64,000 nucleotides of DNA. It comes from Roseibacillus sp. GTDB taxonomy: Bacteria > Verrucomicrobiota > Verrucomicrobiia > Verrucomicrobiales > Akkermansiaceae. Shown here piece after piece: positions 20,501 to 29,713 of the stretch. The position numbers were made by a program, and so were the translations under genes. The notes beneath the pieces are model-generated. The model saw nothing but the letters and a program-made list of their open reading frames with translations. It was not told the origin of the DNA and ran no database searches. The DNA lies in contig CBDEUM010000029.1 of assembly GCA_965242925.1 (NCBI GenBank), positions 96,001 to 160,000 on the forward strand. The letters run 5' to 3'. Within the stretch, counting starts at the first letter, position 1; each line of letters starts with the position of its first letter.

Positions 20501-21462
20501 ATCCGGAAGTTGGTGTGAAAGTGGCCCCTGGCGTCGGTGTAATCGGCGGTGAGTTGTCCGGAGGCGAAGACGACAAGATACTGGTCGGGTTCGAGGGAGA
20601 TCGCGGGGAAAGGCCACTTCCTCAGTTCTTCCGGATCATCGGTGAGGTGCCACCCGTCGAGCGAGACCACTTCAACGGTTGAGTTCCAGATCTCCACCCA
20701 GTCGCTCGAGTTGCCGTCGCCGTCAGTGAGGGTGTCCTCGTTGGAAGCCATGAATTCGTTGAGGAGGACTTCGCCCAGGACAAGCGGGGGCGGGGGTGGG
20801 CCAGAGGCCTGCAGGGTGAATCCTGCCAGGGCGAAGTGATCGGCCGGACCGTTGTCGGGGCCGCGGATGAAGTCGAGATGCACCTCGCTGTTTCCCAGGA
20901 CCGAGAACTCACAGAGGTGAGTGGTCAGTTCGGCGCTCGAGTTGTCAGAGACCGTCAGTCCCTGAGCGACCGTGACATTGTCGCCTGCGGAGTCGCTGAG
21001 GACGATGTCGAAGGGCGTGGCCGGACCGCGCTCGCTGGCTCCGAACTGCGTGGTGTGGTGGTAGGAGGTGAGCTCATAGGTTCCATCCTTCAGCCCCGCG
21101 AAACTGAGAGTCATGATTCCAGGGCGGTTGAGCAGCGGACCATCGGAGAGCAGATCACTCCGGGCGGCGAATACTCCGGTGGCGGAAGCGTAGTCACGGG
21201 TATGGGAGTTGCCTGCGACGGTGACCCGGACCGTCCCCCCGGGTTCAGCCAGTTCGTCATCCCGAAAGTCGGCGGATACCTCTTCTCCCCCGGTGGCAGG
21301 CAGGACGAATCCCTGCCACCCGGCCTGCAAGGGATTGCTTCCTCCTTGATCGGTGCGACTGAAGTCGACCAGGAGAGCCTGTCCCTGAAGGTGCTGGTGA
21401 GCCAGGAGGCTCGTGAGAACCGCCAGAGGGGGGATAGCCCAATTGAGAGGGGAGGAGGGCAT
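17536..21462 (-). CDS. Secreted CotH-kinase family protein with lamin-tail and Fn3-associated domains
   Basis: LTD motifs LNEFMASN..DWVEIWN and LTEIHYNP..EFVELMN; IRYTTDGSAP; CotH core LYLNGLYWGVYNPVER, DWPGNN, FSWDNE. Confidence 0.87.
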   Translation of the reverse strand: MPSSPLNWAIPPLAVLTSLLAHQHLQGQALLVDFSRTDQGGSNPLQAGWQGFVLPATGGEEVSADFRDDELAEPGGTVRVTVAGNSHTRDYASATGVFAARSDLLSDGPLLNRPGIMTLSFAGLKDGTYELTSYHHTTQFGASERGPATPFDIVLSDSAGDNVTVAQGLTVSDNSSAELTTHLCEFSVLGNSEVHLDFIRGPDNGPADHFALAGFTLQASGPPPPPLVLGEVLLNEFMASNEDTLTDGDGNSSDWVEIWNSTVEVVSLDGWHLTDDPEELRKWPFPAISLEPDQYLVVFASGQLTADYTDARGHFHTNFRINKAAGGHLALVRPTADNSVAAASEFVSYPRQREDISYGLHGMVAPLETGYFATPTPGGRNHGAAVTGFVSDTRFSHHRGFYERPFQVEITTETPGALIRYTTDGSAPTLTNGITYPGAPGITIRRTTILRAAAFLEGHEPANVDTQTYLFPAQVPNQPRRPAGFPITWTGWDYAMDQDLAGLRAIVNEPDASQEEAKSIIVGALKSLPTMSIVMDVGDLFGTATGIYHNTEGRGMAWERSCSVELIDPIEGALIQIDCGIRMQGFTSRNPSRNPKHSLRLAFRKMYGPGKLRYPLFGPDAAREFDTIILRSNAQDAWVYDSTSNRQGQFVRDEWTRRTQLAMGRPSPHGIWVHLYLNGLYWGVYNPVERPDAAFMASYFGGDKDDQDSLKNHEEVIDGNGEAYRDLLALIQNDPGNWNAGYRDFTRNAPYQALQGNSPDGTPDPRRPAHLDVPNLIDYMIHNMYSAATDWPGNNYIGLDRNARGTGFKFFSWDNEHGMKPSVTINRTTPHSRDDDSPTKFHHPLRVNAEYRLLFADHLHRAFANDGPLTATNAAARWMEVTGEIEQALIAESARWGDYRRAVPYTVENDFNPLRQSLLDNWFPRRSTIVLGQFRAQGLYPDLVAPGFSRPGGVVSTGRQLQITAPAGTIYHTRDGSDPRLRGGAVNPSARVVAADGIALTTTGTIRARTLHNGEWSALNEALFIVGDPASSANLVLTEIHYNPLGGGTLEFVELMNIADTPIDLTAVRFVAGIKFEFPAGFVLAPGERVLLVDNLAAFEAEYGTGLAIAGEFTGDLDNGGDTLALLAHDGTLIRSFRYDDELPWSPIPDTTGYSLTLITPGRNPDPSDPANWRASVLPGGSPATSDARSFVGDPNADRDRDRHPAILEYALGSDDLSFDAAPAFEIVRVPGGTWALRYPVDPAAEDVSLTLEFSPDLQNWGTAPPNWPLPGRENLADGRILVTIGILPGAPPKGHVRLRVILRNRAP

Positions 21463-21584
21463 GGCCGACAGTTTGAGAGAGGGGAGACGACGTTGCTAAA
21501 AAAATCACCCGCTCGCGCCCGGGAGTTCTCCGGTTCGGTTCGGGGGACTGGCGCGGAGACTCCTCTTTTGCGGGGTTTTCCGCC

Positions 21585-24500
21585 CTAGCGCAGCTCCTTG
21601 ACGGTCCAGAGAGTTGTTCGTTCCTTCACCTTTTCCCGCAGGGTTCTGGACTCGGATGTGCTGACCGGGGCGGCGTCGTTGGACCACCGTTGCCGGGCGT
21701 AGGTGAGAACGTCGGCGATGTCCTGGTCGCTCAGGTCGACATGGGGAGGCATGACGTTGTTGAACTTCCGGCCGTTCACTTCGATGGGGCCCATCAGTCC
21801 CTTGAGGAGAATCTTGATGGGAACCGCAGGGTCTCCAGTGAGCCAGTCAGATCCGTCCAGCGGCGGGAAGGCGCCCTCCACGCCGATCCCTTCAGGACCG
21901 TGGCAGGCAATGCAGGTGCGGTTGTAGATGGCTTCTCCGCGTTCGTGAACAGAGGTATCGATCTTGTGCCTGCGCTCAGCCACCCGCTCGTCGGGAGACT
22001 GAGATTCGACACTTTGCTGGAGTGACTTCGCAAACGCGTCCCCCTTTTCAGCACGTTTCCTGAGGAAGGAGACAAGGGTGCTCTTGGCGGCCGGTGAAGT
22101 GGTCTTGCCGAAGTGGGAGGCGATGGTGAGGACCGTGCCGCCCAGGCCGGACTCCCCGGACTCCTGGAGGTAGATATCGTCATACCAGGCAGTCCCGGTC
22201 TGGCCACCGTAGCCGCCGTAGAGAGCGTGAATGACGATCTCCGTTGCGCTGCCGGAATCGAATTCGACAGAGTATTCAGTCCATCCGGTGGTGCCACGAA
22301 CGGCCTTGGTGCGGTGACCCACGCCATGGACGTTGAACATCGATCCGCTGCCATTGACATTCTCGGTCCTGATCCAGCCGCCCAGGCGGTAGCGCGTGTT
22401 GCGCTTTACCTTTGCCGTGGCGCCCCAGCCGGAGTCGGAGCGCTGGTCACTGGTGACCTTGAGGCAGGCCGTTCCGTTCCGCCCTTCCTTCACCGCCGTG
22501 AAGCTGGCAGTACGGGAGCCGCTGTAGAAGCGTGGGCTCCAGCCCTCCGGTTTGTCACCGTTGACCTTCTCGATGTTGCCGTTGGAAAGGACGTCCTTCG
22601 GACCGGTGGTTTTCCCGGGCCGGATGCTGGCAAGGGCTCCTTTCACGAAGCCCCCTCCATGGCGCCGGGCCGCGACCTGGAAAGCGTCGTGAAGGACCGG
22701 GTCATTGAGGATGGCGCCGGCATCATCGGTGAGAAGATGAACCAGTGCTTTTCCGATCGTTTCGGAAGCGCCAAGGCGGGAGAAGGAAAGCAGGAGGTCG
22801 AGAAGAACGCGCGGTTGCGTGGCTGCAATCCTACCCTCCTTGATGAACATCGAGGCAAGGGTGCCATCGAGGGGTGCATTGCGGAGCGCGGCGCGTTTGA
22901 GGGCAAGGTCGTCGGAGGCGAGGGCAGCCTTGATGGTTTCGAGGTCAAGGGAGCCCGTTCCGGCCTTGGCGTAGAAGTGATGAATGTTGGTGACCTTGTC
23001 GATCTTCCTGCCTTCCTCCACTGCCGCACGCTGCGCTTCGAGCCGCCAGAACATGTTGGGGCTCGCAAAGTCAGCCTTGTAGGGGTCGTTCCTGGAGGCC
23101 TTGGGATAGACCCGGTAGATGCGGCCGTGTTGCTTGTCGCGGTGAGGAGTGACGTAGGCATTGCCCTGTCCCCGCTTGGCGTCGAGGCCGGAGGAGCCCT
23201 TGTTGGGGGTGGGATTGTGCTGGATGACGAGGTTGTACCAGTCGCAGATCCAGAGGGCGCCGTCAGGACCCACTTCGGCGCAGACCGGTCCCGACCAGGC
23301 ATCAGCGGAGTTGTAGATATTGTTCGGCTCCTGCCTCAGTTCAAAGCCTGCGCCTCTGGGATGACGGACCCATTGACCGACCAGCTTGCCGGTGGGGGCA
23401 CAGATGAAGGCGATGGTATTCCAGTAACGCCGGGGAAAGCGCCGTGAGGTGTAGAAGGCGTGTCCTGCCCCGGCGGTGTAGCGATGGTGGGCATCAACCT
23501 GCCTGATATCGGTGGAACTTGGGAAGAAAAGGGGATTGTCATCCGCGCGCGGGGTGCGGGGCTGGGAAAGGCCAGCCTGTTCGTAAAAGCGCCGCGGGAA
23601 GCTCAGGTAGAAGCTGGGATTGGCATTAGCGGTTGAGCCGTGAATGTCGAATTCCTCGGTGAAGCCCAGGCCCCAGGTGTTGTTTGTGGTATTTTGCAGG
23701 AATTCCATGGCGCTGGCGTCCGGCCTGAAGCGGAAGACCCCGCTGCCAAAGCTGTGTTGCGTGCCACCCACTTCACCGCCGAATCCCGAGTAGCCGGTAG
23801 TGGCCCAGATCCAGTTGTCCACCCCGTAGCGAAAGTTGGAGGTGCCCGCATGGGTATCACCCGTGCGAATACCGGTGAAGAGGACTTCCCGCACGTCGGC
23901 CCTGTCGTCTCCGTTGGTGTCCTTGAGGAAGAGGGCGTCAGACCCGTTGGTGCAGATCACCCCACCATTGGCGAAAACCATGGTGGTTGGAATGGAGAGC
24001 TTGTCGGCAAAGACGGTGAACTTGTCGGCCCGGCCGTCGTTGTCGGTGTCTTCGCAGATCTTGATGCGATCGTTACCGACGTTGCCAGCCTGGAGGTTGT
24101 TGGGATAGTCAATGGTTTCCACCACGAAGGCCCGGCCCCGTTCATCCCAGGCAATATAGATCGGATTGATGATGTCGGGCTCGGCGGCGAAGAGGGATAA
24201 TTCGAATCCCGGGGGGACCTGCGCGAGTTTGAGGGACTCCGCGGGCGGGAAGGGACTGGGGACCTGCGTCACCAGTTTGCGCTTGATGTAGCCGGGCAGC
24301 TTCACCTCCATCATTTCAACTTCTGGCAGCTTGAGGGCGGCCAGTTTTCCCCGGGCGTCGTCACCAACGCTCCAGTAGATTGCGCGCTTGAGGAGATCGT
24401 GGAAGCTGGGCTGGTCCCATACGCGATGGTCGTGCCCGGACGCAGTGTAGAACACGCGGCCCTGTCCCTGGGTCCGGATCCAGGTCCATGGTTCGCCGTC

Positions 24501-25067
24501 CCGTTTCTGGAGGATGGTACGATCCGCGCCATGGCGCTCGTGGACGTAGGTCTCGTCCCAGGCCGTGAAGCCCTGGTAGCCTTTTGTGATTTCGTGGTTG
24601 GGATTGGTGGTTTTGGCAGAGAATTCCCCGCCGCCATGAGACTTGAAGACGCCGCCCACCAGTTTCACGAAAGCCTCTGATTTCCCGTAGCACGCCGAGG
24701 CACAGTGAATGGGAAGAAAGCCGCCGCCATTTTCCACGAAGTCGACGAGGGCCTTCTCCTGCTCCGCTGGCATGGGGCCCCGCTGGGCCCAGTTGCCGTA
24801 CATGAGAACCGCGTCGAATTGTGCGAGGGTCTCTGCATTGAGCGCCTCGGCGGGGTCCTCCAGGTAGGTCAGGTTGATGCCGTCGGCACCAAGGTGTTTC
24901 TTGAGCACCCGGTAGCGGGTAACGGGGTCGTGGCCCGGATGATTTTTGGTAGGGGCGCCGAAGAAGAGGACTTCGAGTCGGCGGGCATCGTCCCTGGGAG
25001 TGATCAGCGGAGCAGCGAAGGCGGCAACGGCAAGGGCGAGGGTAAGCAGCAGCGGCGTAGATTTCAT
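21585..25067 (-). CDS. PVC-type heme-binding CxxCH protein: ThuA + membrane-bound dehydrogenase propeller + CBM4_9-like + cytochrome c
   Basis: ThuA (IHCAS, DETYVH, GRVFYTASGH); VPPGFELSLFAAEPDI; EDTDNDGRADK; NGNIE..W...TAWYDDIYL; CIACHG...GAFPPL. Confidence 0.88.
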   Translation of the reverse strand: MKSTPLLLTLALAVAAFAAPLITPRDDARRLEVLFFGAPTKNHPGHDPVTRYRVLKKHLGADGINLTYLEDPAEALNAETLAQFDAVLMYGNWAQRGPMPAEQEKALVDFVENGGGFLPIHCASACYGKSEAFVKLVGGVFKSHGGGEFSAKTTNPNHEITKGYQGFTAWDETYVHERHGADRTILQKRDGEPWTWIRTQGQGRVFYTASGHDHRVWDQPSFHDLLKRAIYWSVGDDARGKLAALKLPEVEMMEVKLPGYIKRKLVTQVPSPFPPAESLKLAQVPPGFELSLFAAEPDIINPIYIAWDERGRAFVVETIDYPNNLQAGNVGNDRIKICEDTDNDGRADKFTVFADKLSIPTTMVFANGGVICTNGSDALFLKDTNGDDRADVREVLFTGIRTGDTHAGTSNFRYGVDNWIWATTGYSGFGGEVGGTQHSFGSGVFRFRPDASAMEFLQNTTNNTWGLGFTEEFDIHGSTANANPSFYLSFPRRFYEQAGLSQPRTPRADDNPLFFPSSTDIRQVDAHHRYTAGAGHAFYTSRRFPRRYWNTIAFICAPTGKLVGQWVRHPRGAGFELRQEPNNIYNSADAWSGPVCAEVGPDGALWICDWYNLVIQHNPTPNKGSSGLDAKRGQGNAYVTPHRDKQHGRIYRVYPKASRNDPYKADFASPNMFWRLEAQRAAVEEGRKIDKVTNIHHFYAKAGTGSLDLETIKAALASDDLALKRAALRNAPLDGTLASMFIKEGRIAATQPRVLLDLLLSFSRLGASETIGKALVHLLTDDAGAILNDPVLHDAFQVAARRHGGGFVKGALASIRPGKTTGPKDVLSNGNIEKVNGDKPEGWSPRFYSGSRTASFTAVKEGRNGTACLKVTSDQRSDSGWGATAKVKRNTRYRLGGWIRTENVNGSGSMFNVHGVGHRTKAVRGTTGWTEYSVEFDSGSATEIVIHALYGGYGGQTGTAWYDDIYLQESGESGLGGTVLTIASHFGKTTSPAAKSTLVSFLRKRAEKGDAFAKSLQQSVESQSPDERVAERRHKIDTSVHERGEAIYNRTCIACHGPEGIGVEGAFPPLDGSDWLTGDPAVPIKILLKGLMGPIEVNGRKFNNVMPPHVDLSDQDIADVLTYARQRWSNDAAPVSTSESRTLREKVKERTTLWTVKELR

Positions 25068-25226
25068 GATACGTGTCGATGGATTTGGCCTTACTATCTA
25101 CTGCCATTTCCATTGCGCCACCTGAAACGCGAAAACGTGTTTAATCTGATGGCGCGATGGGAGTTGCACTGGTCATTCCGCGACCCCGGGGGGCGACAAT
25201 TTTTCGAATCTGGCTGGACAGGAGCC

Positions 25227-26357
25227 TTACTTCAGGAACTCCACGCACATTGCGTTGGCAACTTTCACCTCGTTGCCGTTGTCTGCCAGCCTGCCGTCCT
25301 CGCCGATCCTGAAGACGGGAACATTGCCGGACCGTTGGCCCGCAACCAGGAGCCACTTGCCGTCGGGATCGACTCCGATGTTGCGGGGTATGCTCACCTT
25401 GGCGGGGATGGTTTGAATACGCTTGAGTTTGCCCTCCTCAAGCACCTTGAACACGGAGATCGAGTCACGTCCGGTTCCCTTCACGTCGCGATTGGCGGCG
25501 TAGAGGAATTTTCCGTTGGGATGAACGCGGATTTCCGAGCAGCTCATCCCGTCGGGGTCGATGTCTTTGTCCAGGGATTTGATGTCCTGCTTGCTCGTGC
25601 CCAGGAGTCCAGTTGCAGGGTCGCGGTCGTAGACGGTAACGGTCTGGTGCAGCTCGGTGAGGACGTAGGCCTGTCGTCCGTCCCGGCCGAACTTCATGTG
25701 GCGCGGTCCGGCTCCCGCCCGGGTCTCTGCGGCTCCGACCTTCTCCATGGCGGCTGTCCCGGCGCTGAGCTTGTAGATGACGACCTTGTCGATTCCGAGA
25801 TCGGGGGCGTAGGCAAACTTGTTGTCTGGTCCGGGGTAGATGGAGTGGGCGTGGGGTCCCTTCTGCCGTCTCTCGTTGATACTCGATCCCTCGTGCTGGT
25901 GGGTGGAGTTTGATTTCACCAGCGAGCCATCGTCATCGATCCTGAGGGAGGCCACGCTGCCGCTGCCGTAATTGGCCACCATCAGGCAGCTCCCGGTGGC
26001 ATCCACCGAGACGTGGCAGGGCCCGGTCCCCTCGGAGGGTTGGAGGTTAATGGGGTCGAGGGTGTAGTCGTCCCTGATGTGGAAGGCGGCGACCTGGTTG
26101 CCACCTCCGCGGGCGGTGGAGTAGAGGTGCTTCCTGTCGGGATGGATCGCGAGAAAGCCGCAGCCTGACAAGGTGGCGGCGAGTTTGGGTTTCGAAAGGG
26201 CACCCGTTTCGGTGTTGAGTTCGCAGAGGTAGATACCCTTGCTCTCACCCCGGCCCTGGGTTCCAAGATACACTTTGGTTGTCCCGGCGGTGGCTGGGGA
26301 CGGGAAGGAGGAGGTGATAAGCAGACTGGCGAAGGCTGGAGCGAATTTCTGAATCAT
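25227..26357 (-). CDS. pgl: Lactonase family protein (6-phosphogluconolactonase, cycloisomerase-2 type) with signal peptide
   Basis: GPCHVSVD, VANYGSGSV, RQKGPHAHS, DLGIDKV, GAGPRHM, GKFLYAANR, PRN motifs. ATG at 26357. Confidence 0.85.
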   Translation of the reverse strand: MIQKFAPAFASLLITSSFPSPATAGTTKVYLGTQGRGESKGIYLCELNTETGALSKPKLAATLSGCGFLAIHPDRKHLYSTARGGGNQVAAFHIRDDYTLDPINLQPSEGTGPCHVSVDATGSCLMVANYGSGSVASLRIDDDGSLVKSNSTHQHEGSSINERRQKGPHAHSIYPGPDNKFAYAPDLGIDKVVIYKLSAGTAAMEKVGAAETRAGAGPRHMKFGRDGRQAYVLTELHQTVTVYDRDPATGLLGTSKQDIKSLDKDIDPDGMSCSEIRVHPNGKFLYAANRDVKGTGRDSISVFKVLEEGKLKRIQTIPAKVSIPRNIGVDPDGKWLLVAGQRSGNVPVFRIGEDGRLADNGNEVKVANAMCVEFLK

Positions 26358-26703
26358 GCAGGTCCATTCATGGGAAAACGTCACCAGACTGCAAGCCTGC
26401 CGAGCTTTTGAGATAGGACCAGGAAACCCTCGGGGGGCGTGTACAGGCCTCGTGGACACGAGGAAGGAGCCCCGCCTCGTCGGCAGGACTCCTTCTTCAG
26501 ATGCCTGTGTTTTGCGCTGTTTTCTTGGTTGGGAGCAGGGCGTATGGTCCCTGCCCGTTTCCAACCGCGGCCCCGGGACCTGATTTTCAGATGAGGGAAA
26601 TTATGTGATTCCCGGGGGGATTGTCCGTCCCGGGGCGCTTACATTTCAGGACCTGCAACGCTATTCTTGCGGGAGCAGGCAGGAGCAGTTACGTATCACG
26701 CCA

Positions 26704-27120
26704 ATGCGATTCCTTCTTCTTTTCCTCGTCCTTGCTTTCCAGGTGGGCGCCGCGCCGGTCGTTCCCAAAAAGGGAAGCAAGGAGTTCCGCGAGATCATGG
26801 CGGCAGTGACCGATCCGGTTGAGGATGCCGTCCACCAGTCGGTGTCCTTCCGGATCAATCACATCATGATGGAGAAGGACTGGGCTTTCGTCGATGCCCT
26901 GCCGCTGACCAAGGCGGGAAAGAGGATCAACTATGCGGGGACCATGTTCGAGGAATGGATCGAGGAGGCGGACGAAGTCCTCTGGGTCCTCCTGCGATAC
27001 AAGCGTGGTCGTTGGTATATCGTAGAGAGGGAGTTCTTTACTACTGAAGCGACTTGGATCGACTGGCCGCACTACTTCCGTGCTCCGAAGGGAATTTTCC
27101 CGAAGCTCAAGATTGACTAG
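26704..27120 (+). CDS. Small exported hypothetical protein
   Basis: ATG at 26704, signal peptide MRFLLLFLVLAFQVGA; aromatic-rich beta fold. Confidence 0.72.
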   Translation: MRFLLLFLVLAFQVGAAPVVPKKGSKEFREIMAAVTDPVEDAVHQSVSFRINHIMMEKDWAFVDALPLTKAGKRINYAGTMFEEWIEEADEVLWVLLRYKRGRWYIVEREFFTTEATWIDWPHYFRAPKGIFPKLKID

Positions 27121-27171
27121 CCGTTCCAGTTCCGGTGGCTCGCCAGAGCCATTAACTTGATTTTCAATACC

Positions 27172-28173
27172 ATGAAACACAACACACTCGCCACCTGCGC
27201 CCTCTTCCTGACCGCTCCCCTCCTGGGGGCCGAGCACCCGAACATCGGTTCGGTTGTCCGCCATGATGCGGCCTTCGACAAGCTCGTTGCCAGGGATGCC
27301 AAAATCGAAGTCCTGGCTTCGGGATTCATCTGGTCCGAGGGGCCGGTCTGGGACAGGAAGAACAGCCGCCTGCTGTGGTCCGACGTTCCCGCTAACACGA
27401 TTTACCAGTGGTCGGAGAAGAAGGAAGGCCACTCTGTCTTCATGACGCCCTCCGGCTATACCGGGATAACGCCCGGGTATCCTGAACCCGGATCAAACGG
27501 TCTTTCCTTCGACGCCCAGGGGCGTCTCGTCTCCTGTGAACACGGCGATCGTCGAGTGGCCATGCTCACCCCCGGCGGAGGGAAGGTCACCCTTGCTGAT
27601 CGTTACGATGGCAAACGATTCAACAGCCCCAACGATCTGGCCATTCACTCCAGCGGGGCCATCTATTTCACCGACCCGCCCTACGGCCTGCCCAGGCGCG
27701 AGAAGGATCCCGGGCGCGAGACGGACTGGTTCGGCGTCTATCGCATCGAGACCGATGGCAAGGTGACCCTGCTCACCAAGGAGTGCGACCGTCCCAATGG
27801 GATCGCGCTCTCGCCGGATGAGAAGAAGCTCTATGTTGCGCAGTCCCACGGGCCGAAGCCCTATATTTTCTCCTGGGACATCAGGGCGGATGGCTCACTC
27901 GGTCCCCAGAAGGTGCTCTTTGATTGCTCCACACTGGCGCGGAAGTATCCCGGGGCGCCCGATGGCATGAAAGTGGACAAGGATGGGATCATCTGGACCA
28001 CCGGTCCGGGTGGAGTGCTTGTCATCTCGTCGGAAGGCAAGCTCCTCGGGCACATCCTGACCGGTCAGCGCACCGCGAACTGCAACTGGGGCGACGATGG
28101 TTCGACCCTCTACATGACGGCCGACTTCCATGTCTGCCGGATCAGGACCCTGACCAAGGGAGCGGGCTGGTAG
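27172..28173 (+). CDS. SMP-30/gluconolactonase/LRE family protein (exported gluconolactonase)
   Basis: WSEGPVW, LWSDVP, GSNGL, RFNSPND, FTDPPYG, RPNGIALSPD, PDGMKVD; signal peptide. Confidence 0.92.
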   Translation: MKHNTLATCALFLTAPLLGAEHPNIGSVVRHDAAFDKLVARDAKIEVLASGFIWSEGPVWDRKNSRLLWSDVPANTIYQWSEKKEGHSVFMTPSGYTGITPGYPEPGSNGLSFDAQGRLVSCEHGDRRVAMLTPGGGKVTLADRYDGKRFNSPNDLAIHSSGAIYFTDPPYGLPRREKDPGRETDWFGVYRIETDGKVTLLTKECDRPNGIALSPDEKKLYVAQSHGPKPYIFSWDIRADGSLGPQKVLFDCSTLARKYPGAPDGMKVDKDGIIWTTGPGGVLVISSEGKLLGHILTGQRTANCNWGDDGSTLYMTADFHVCRIRTLTKGAGW

Positions 28174-28255
28174 GGGCTCTCATGCCCCGCCGGGGACCAC
28201 CAGTCCCGGAGCGTCTCTTCTTGATCTTCCGGAGCAGACTCTGAAGGGGTACTGT

Positions 28256-29677
28256 TCAGGCTAGGACTTCCTTGACGACTCGCGCTTTCTCCACCCCGGT
28301 GAGACGGAAGTCCAGTCCCTGGAAGCGGTAGGTGAGGAGCTCGTGGTTGATGCCGAGTTGCCTGAGCATGGTGGCGTGGAGGTCATGCACCGAGACATGA
28401 TCCTTGGCCACTGCGTAGCCCAGATCGTCGGTGGCTCCCCAACTGGCTCCACCCTTGATTCCGGCTCCCGCCATCCAGAGGGAGAAGGCCTGGATGTGGT
28501 GGTCGCGTCCACTGCCCTGGGCCATCGGGGTCCGACCGAATTCTCCCCCCCAGATGATAAGGGTGTCCTCCAGCAGGCCGCGCTCCTTCAGGTCCTTGAC
28601 CAGCGCTGCGGTTGCCTTGTCGATATGACCTGAGACGGTGTTGATGGCCCCCTTCACGTTCCCGTGATGGTCCCAGCCGCGATGATAGAGCTGGATGAAG
28701 CGAACCCCGCGTTCAGCCAGTCGGCGTGCGACGAGGCAATTCGAGGCGAAGGATCCATCCCCGGGCTTGGCTCCGTAGAGTTCAAAGACGTGCTTTGGTT
28801 CCTTGGACACGTCGACAAGATCGGGCACGGAAGCCTGCATCTTGAAAGCCATCTCGTACTGCGCGATGCGGGTAGCGATCTCAGGATCGTTCTGTCGTTT
28901 TCCCAGCAGGCTGTTGAGCCCGTTGATGGTATTGAGAAGATCTCCCTGGTTCTCACGGGATACGCCAGCGGGATTCTTCACGTAGTGGACGGGATCGCCC
29001 TTGGAGTTGAATTGCACGCCCTGGAACCTGGAAGGCAGGAAGCCGCTGTGCCACTGGCGTGCTGCGATGGGTTGATCCTGTCCACCGCCGGAGGAGGTCA
29101 TCACCACGAATCCGGGAAGCTCATCGGTGTCCGCGCCCAGTCCGTAGAGAAGCCAGGAGCCCATTGAGGGCCGCCCGGGAATAACCGATCCGGTGTTCAT
29201 GAAGGTGTGAGCGGGATCGTGGTTGATCTGCTCGGTGGACATCGAGTTGATGACCGCGATTTCATCCGCAATGGACCCGATGTGGGGGAAGGCCGAGGAC
29301 ATGAGGCGCCCGCACTCACCATAGGGCTTGAATTCGTGTTGGGGCCCGAGGCACTTGAGTTTGTTACGACTGCCCTGCAGTTGTGCGAGCTGCTGTCCCT
29401 TGGTGAAGGACTCCGGCATGGGCTTGCCGTTGAGCTTGGCGAGTTCCGGTTTGTGATCGAGGGTCTCAAGGTGGGATGGCCCACCCGCCATGCAGAGGTG
29501 GATGACCCGTTTGGCCTTCGGTGGAAAATGTAGCTTTTCATTGAGCGCACCCTTCCATTGGGGTTCCGCCTGGGTCTCCTGGCTGAGAAGATAGGCGAGG
29601 GCGGCACTGCCCACCGAGTAGGAGGATCCCTTGAGGAAGGTGCGGCGGTTGATCGCGTTGATGAATTGATCGTTCAT
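28256..29677 (-). CDS. DUF1501 (sulfatase-like) protein with Tat signal
   Basis: NRRTFL; GGPSHLETLDHKP; INHDPA; RPSMGSW; GWDHH; GEFGRTP; GRDHH; HDLHAT. Confidence 0.9.
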   Translation of the reverse strand: MNDQFINAINRRTFLKGSSYSVGSAALAYLLSQETQAEPQWKGALNEKLHFPPKAKRVIHLCMAGGPSHLETLDHKPELAKLNGKPMPESFTKGQQLAQLQGSRNKLKCLGPQHEFKPYGECGRLMSSAFPHIGSIADEIAVINSMSTEQINHDPAHTFMNTGSVIPGRPSMGSWLLYGLGADTDELPGFVVMTSSGGGQDQPIAARQWHSGFLPSRFQGVQFNSKGDPVHYVKNPAGVSRENQGDLLNTINGLNSLLGKRQNDPEIATRIAQYEMAFKMQASVPDLVDVSKEPKHVFELYGAKPGDGSFASNCLVARRLAERGVRFIQLYHRGWDHHGNVKGAINTVSGHIDKATAALVKDLKERGLLEDTLIIWGGEFGRTPMAQGSGRDHHIQAFSLWMAGAGIKGGASWGATDDLGYAVAKDHVSVHDLHATMLRQLGINHELLTYRFQGLDFRLTGVEKARVVKEVLA

Positions 29678-29713
29678 GACGGGAAGTTGTCGGGCGCTTC
29701 TGTTGTGAGCGGT

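Noticed and set aside
14419..23447. Long plus-strand ORFs (720, 492, 570, 444 aa) and similar ones elsewhere (e.g. 39036..40451, 45307..46725, 10910..12205, 62076..63470)
   Set aside because: Antisense shadows of well-supported genes, typical of high-GC codon usage; no recognisable motifs.
26400..26600. TPP riboswitch or hammerhead ribozyme (ACCTGAT...AGGGAA; CTGAAGA + hairpin)
   Set aside because: Required partner motifs (properly spaced CTGAGA; GAAA after stem II) are absent.
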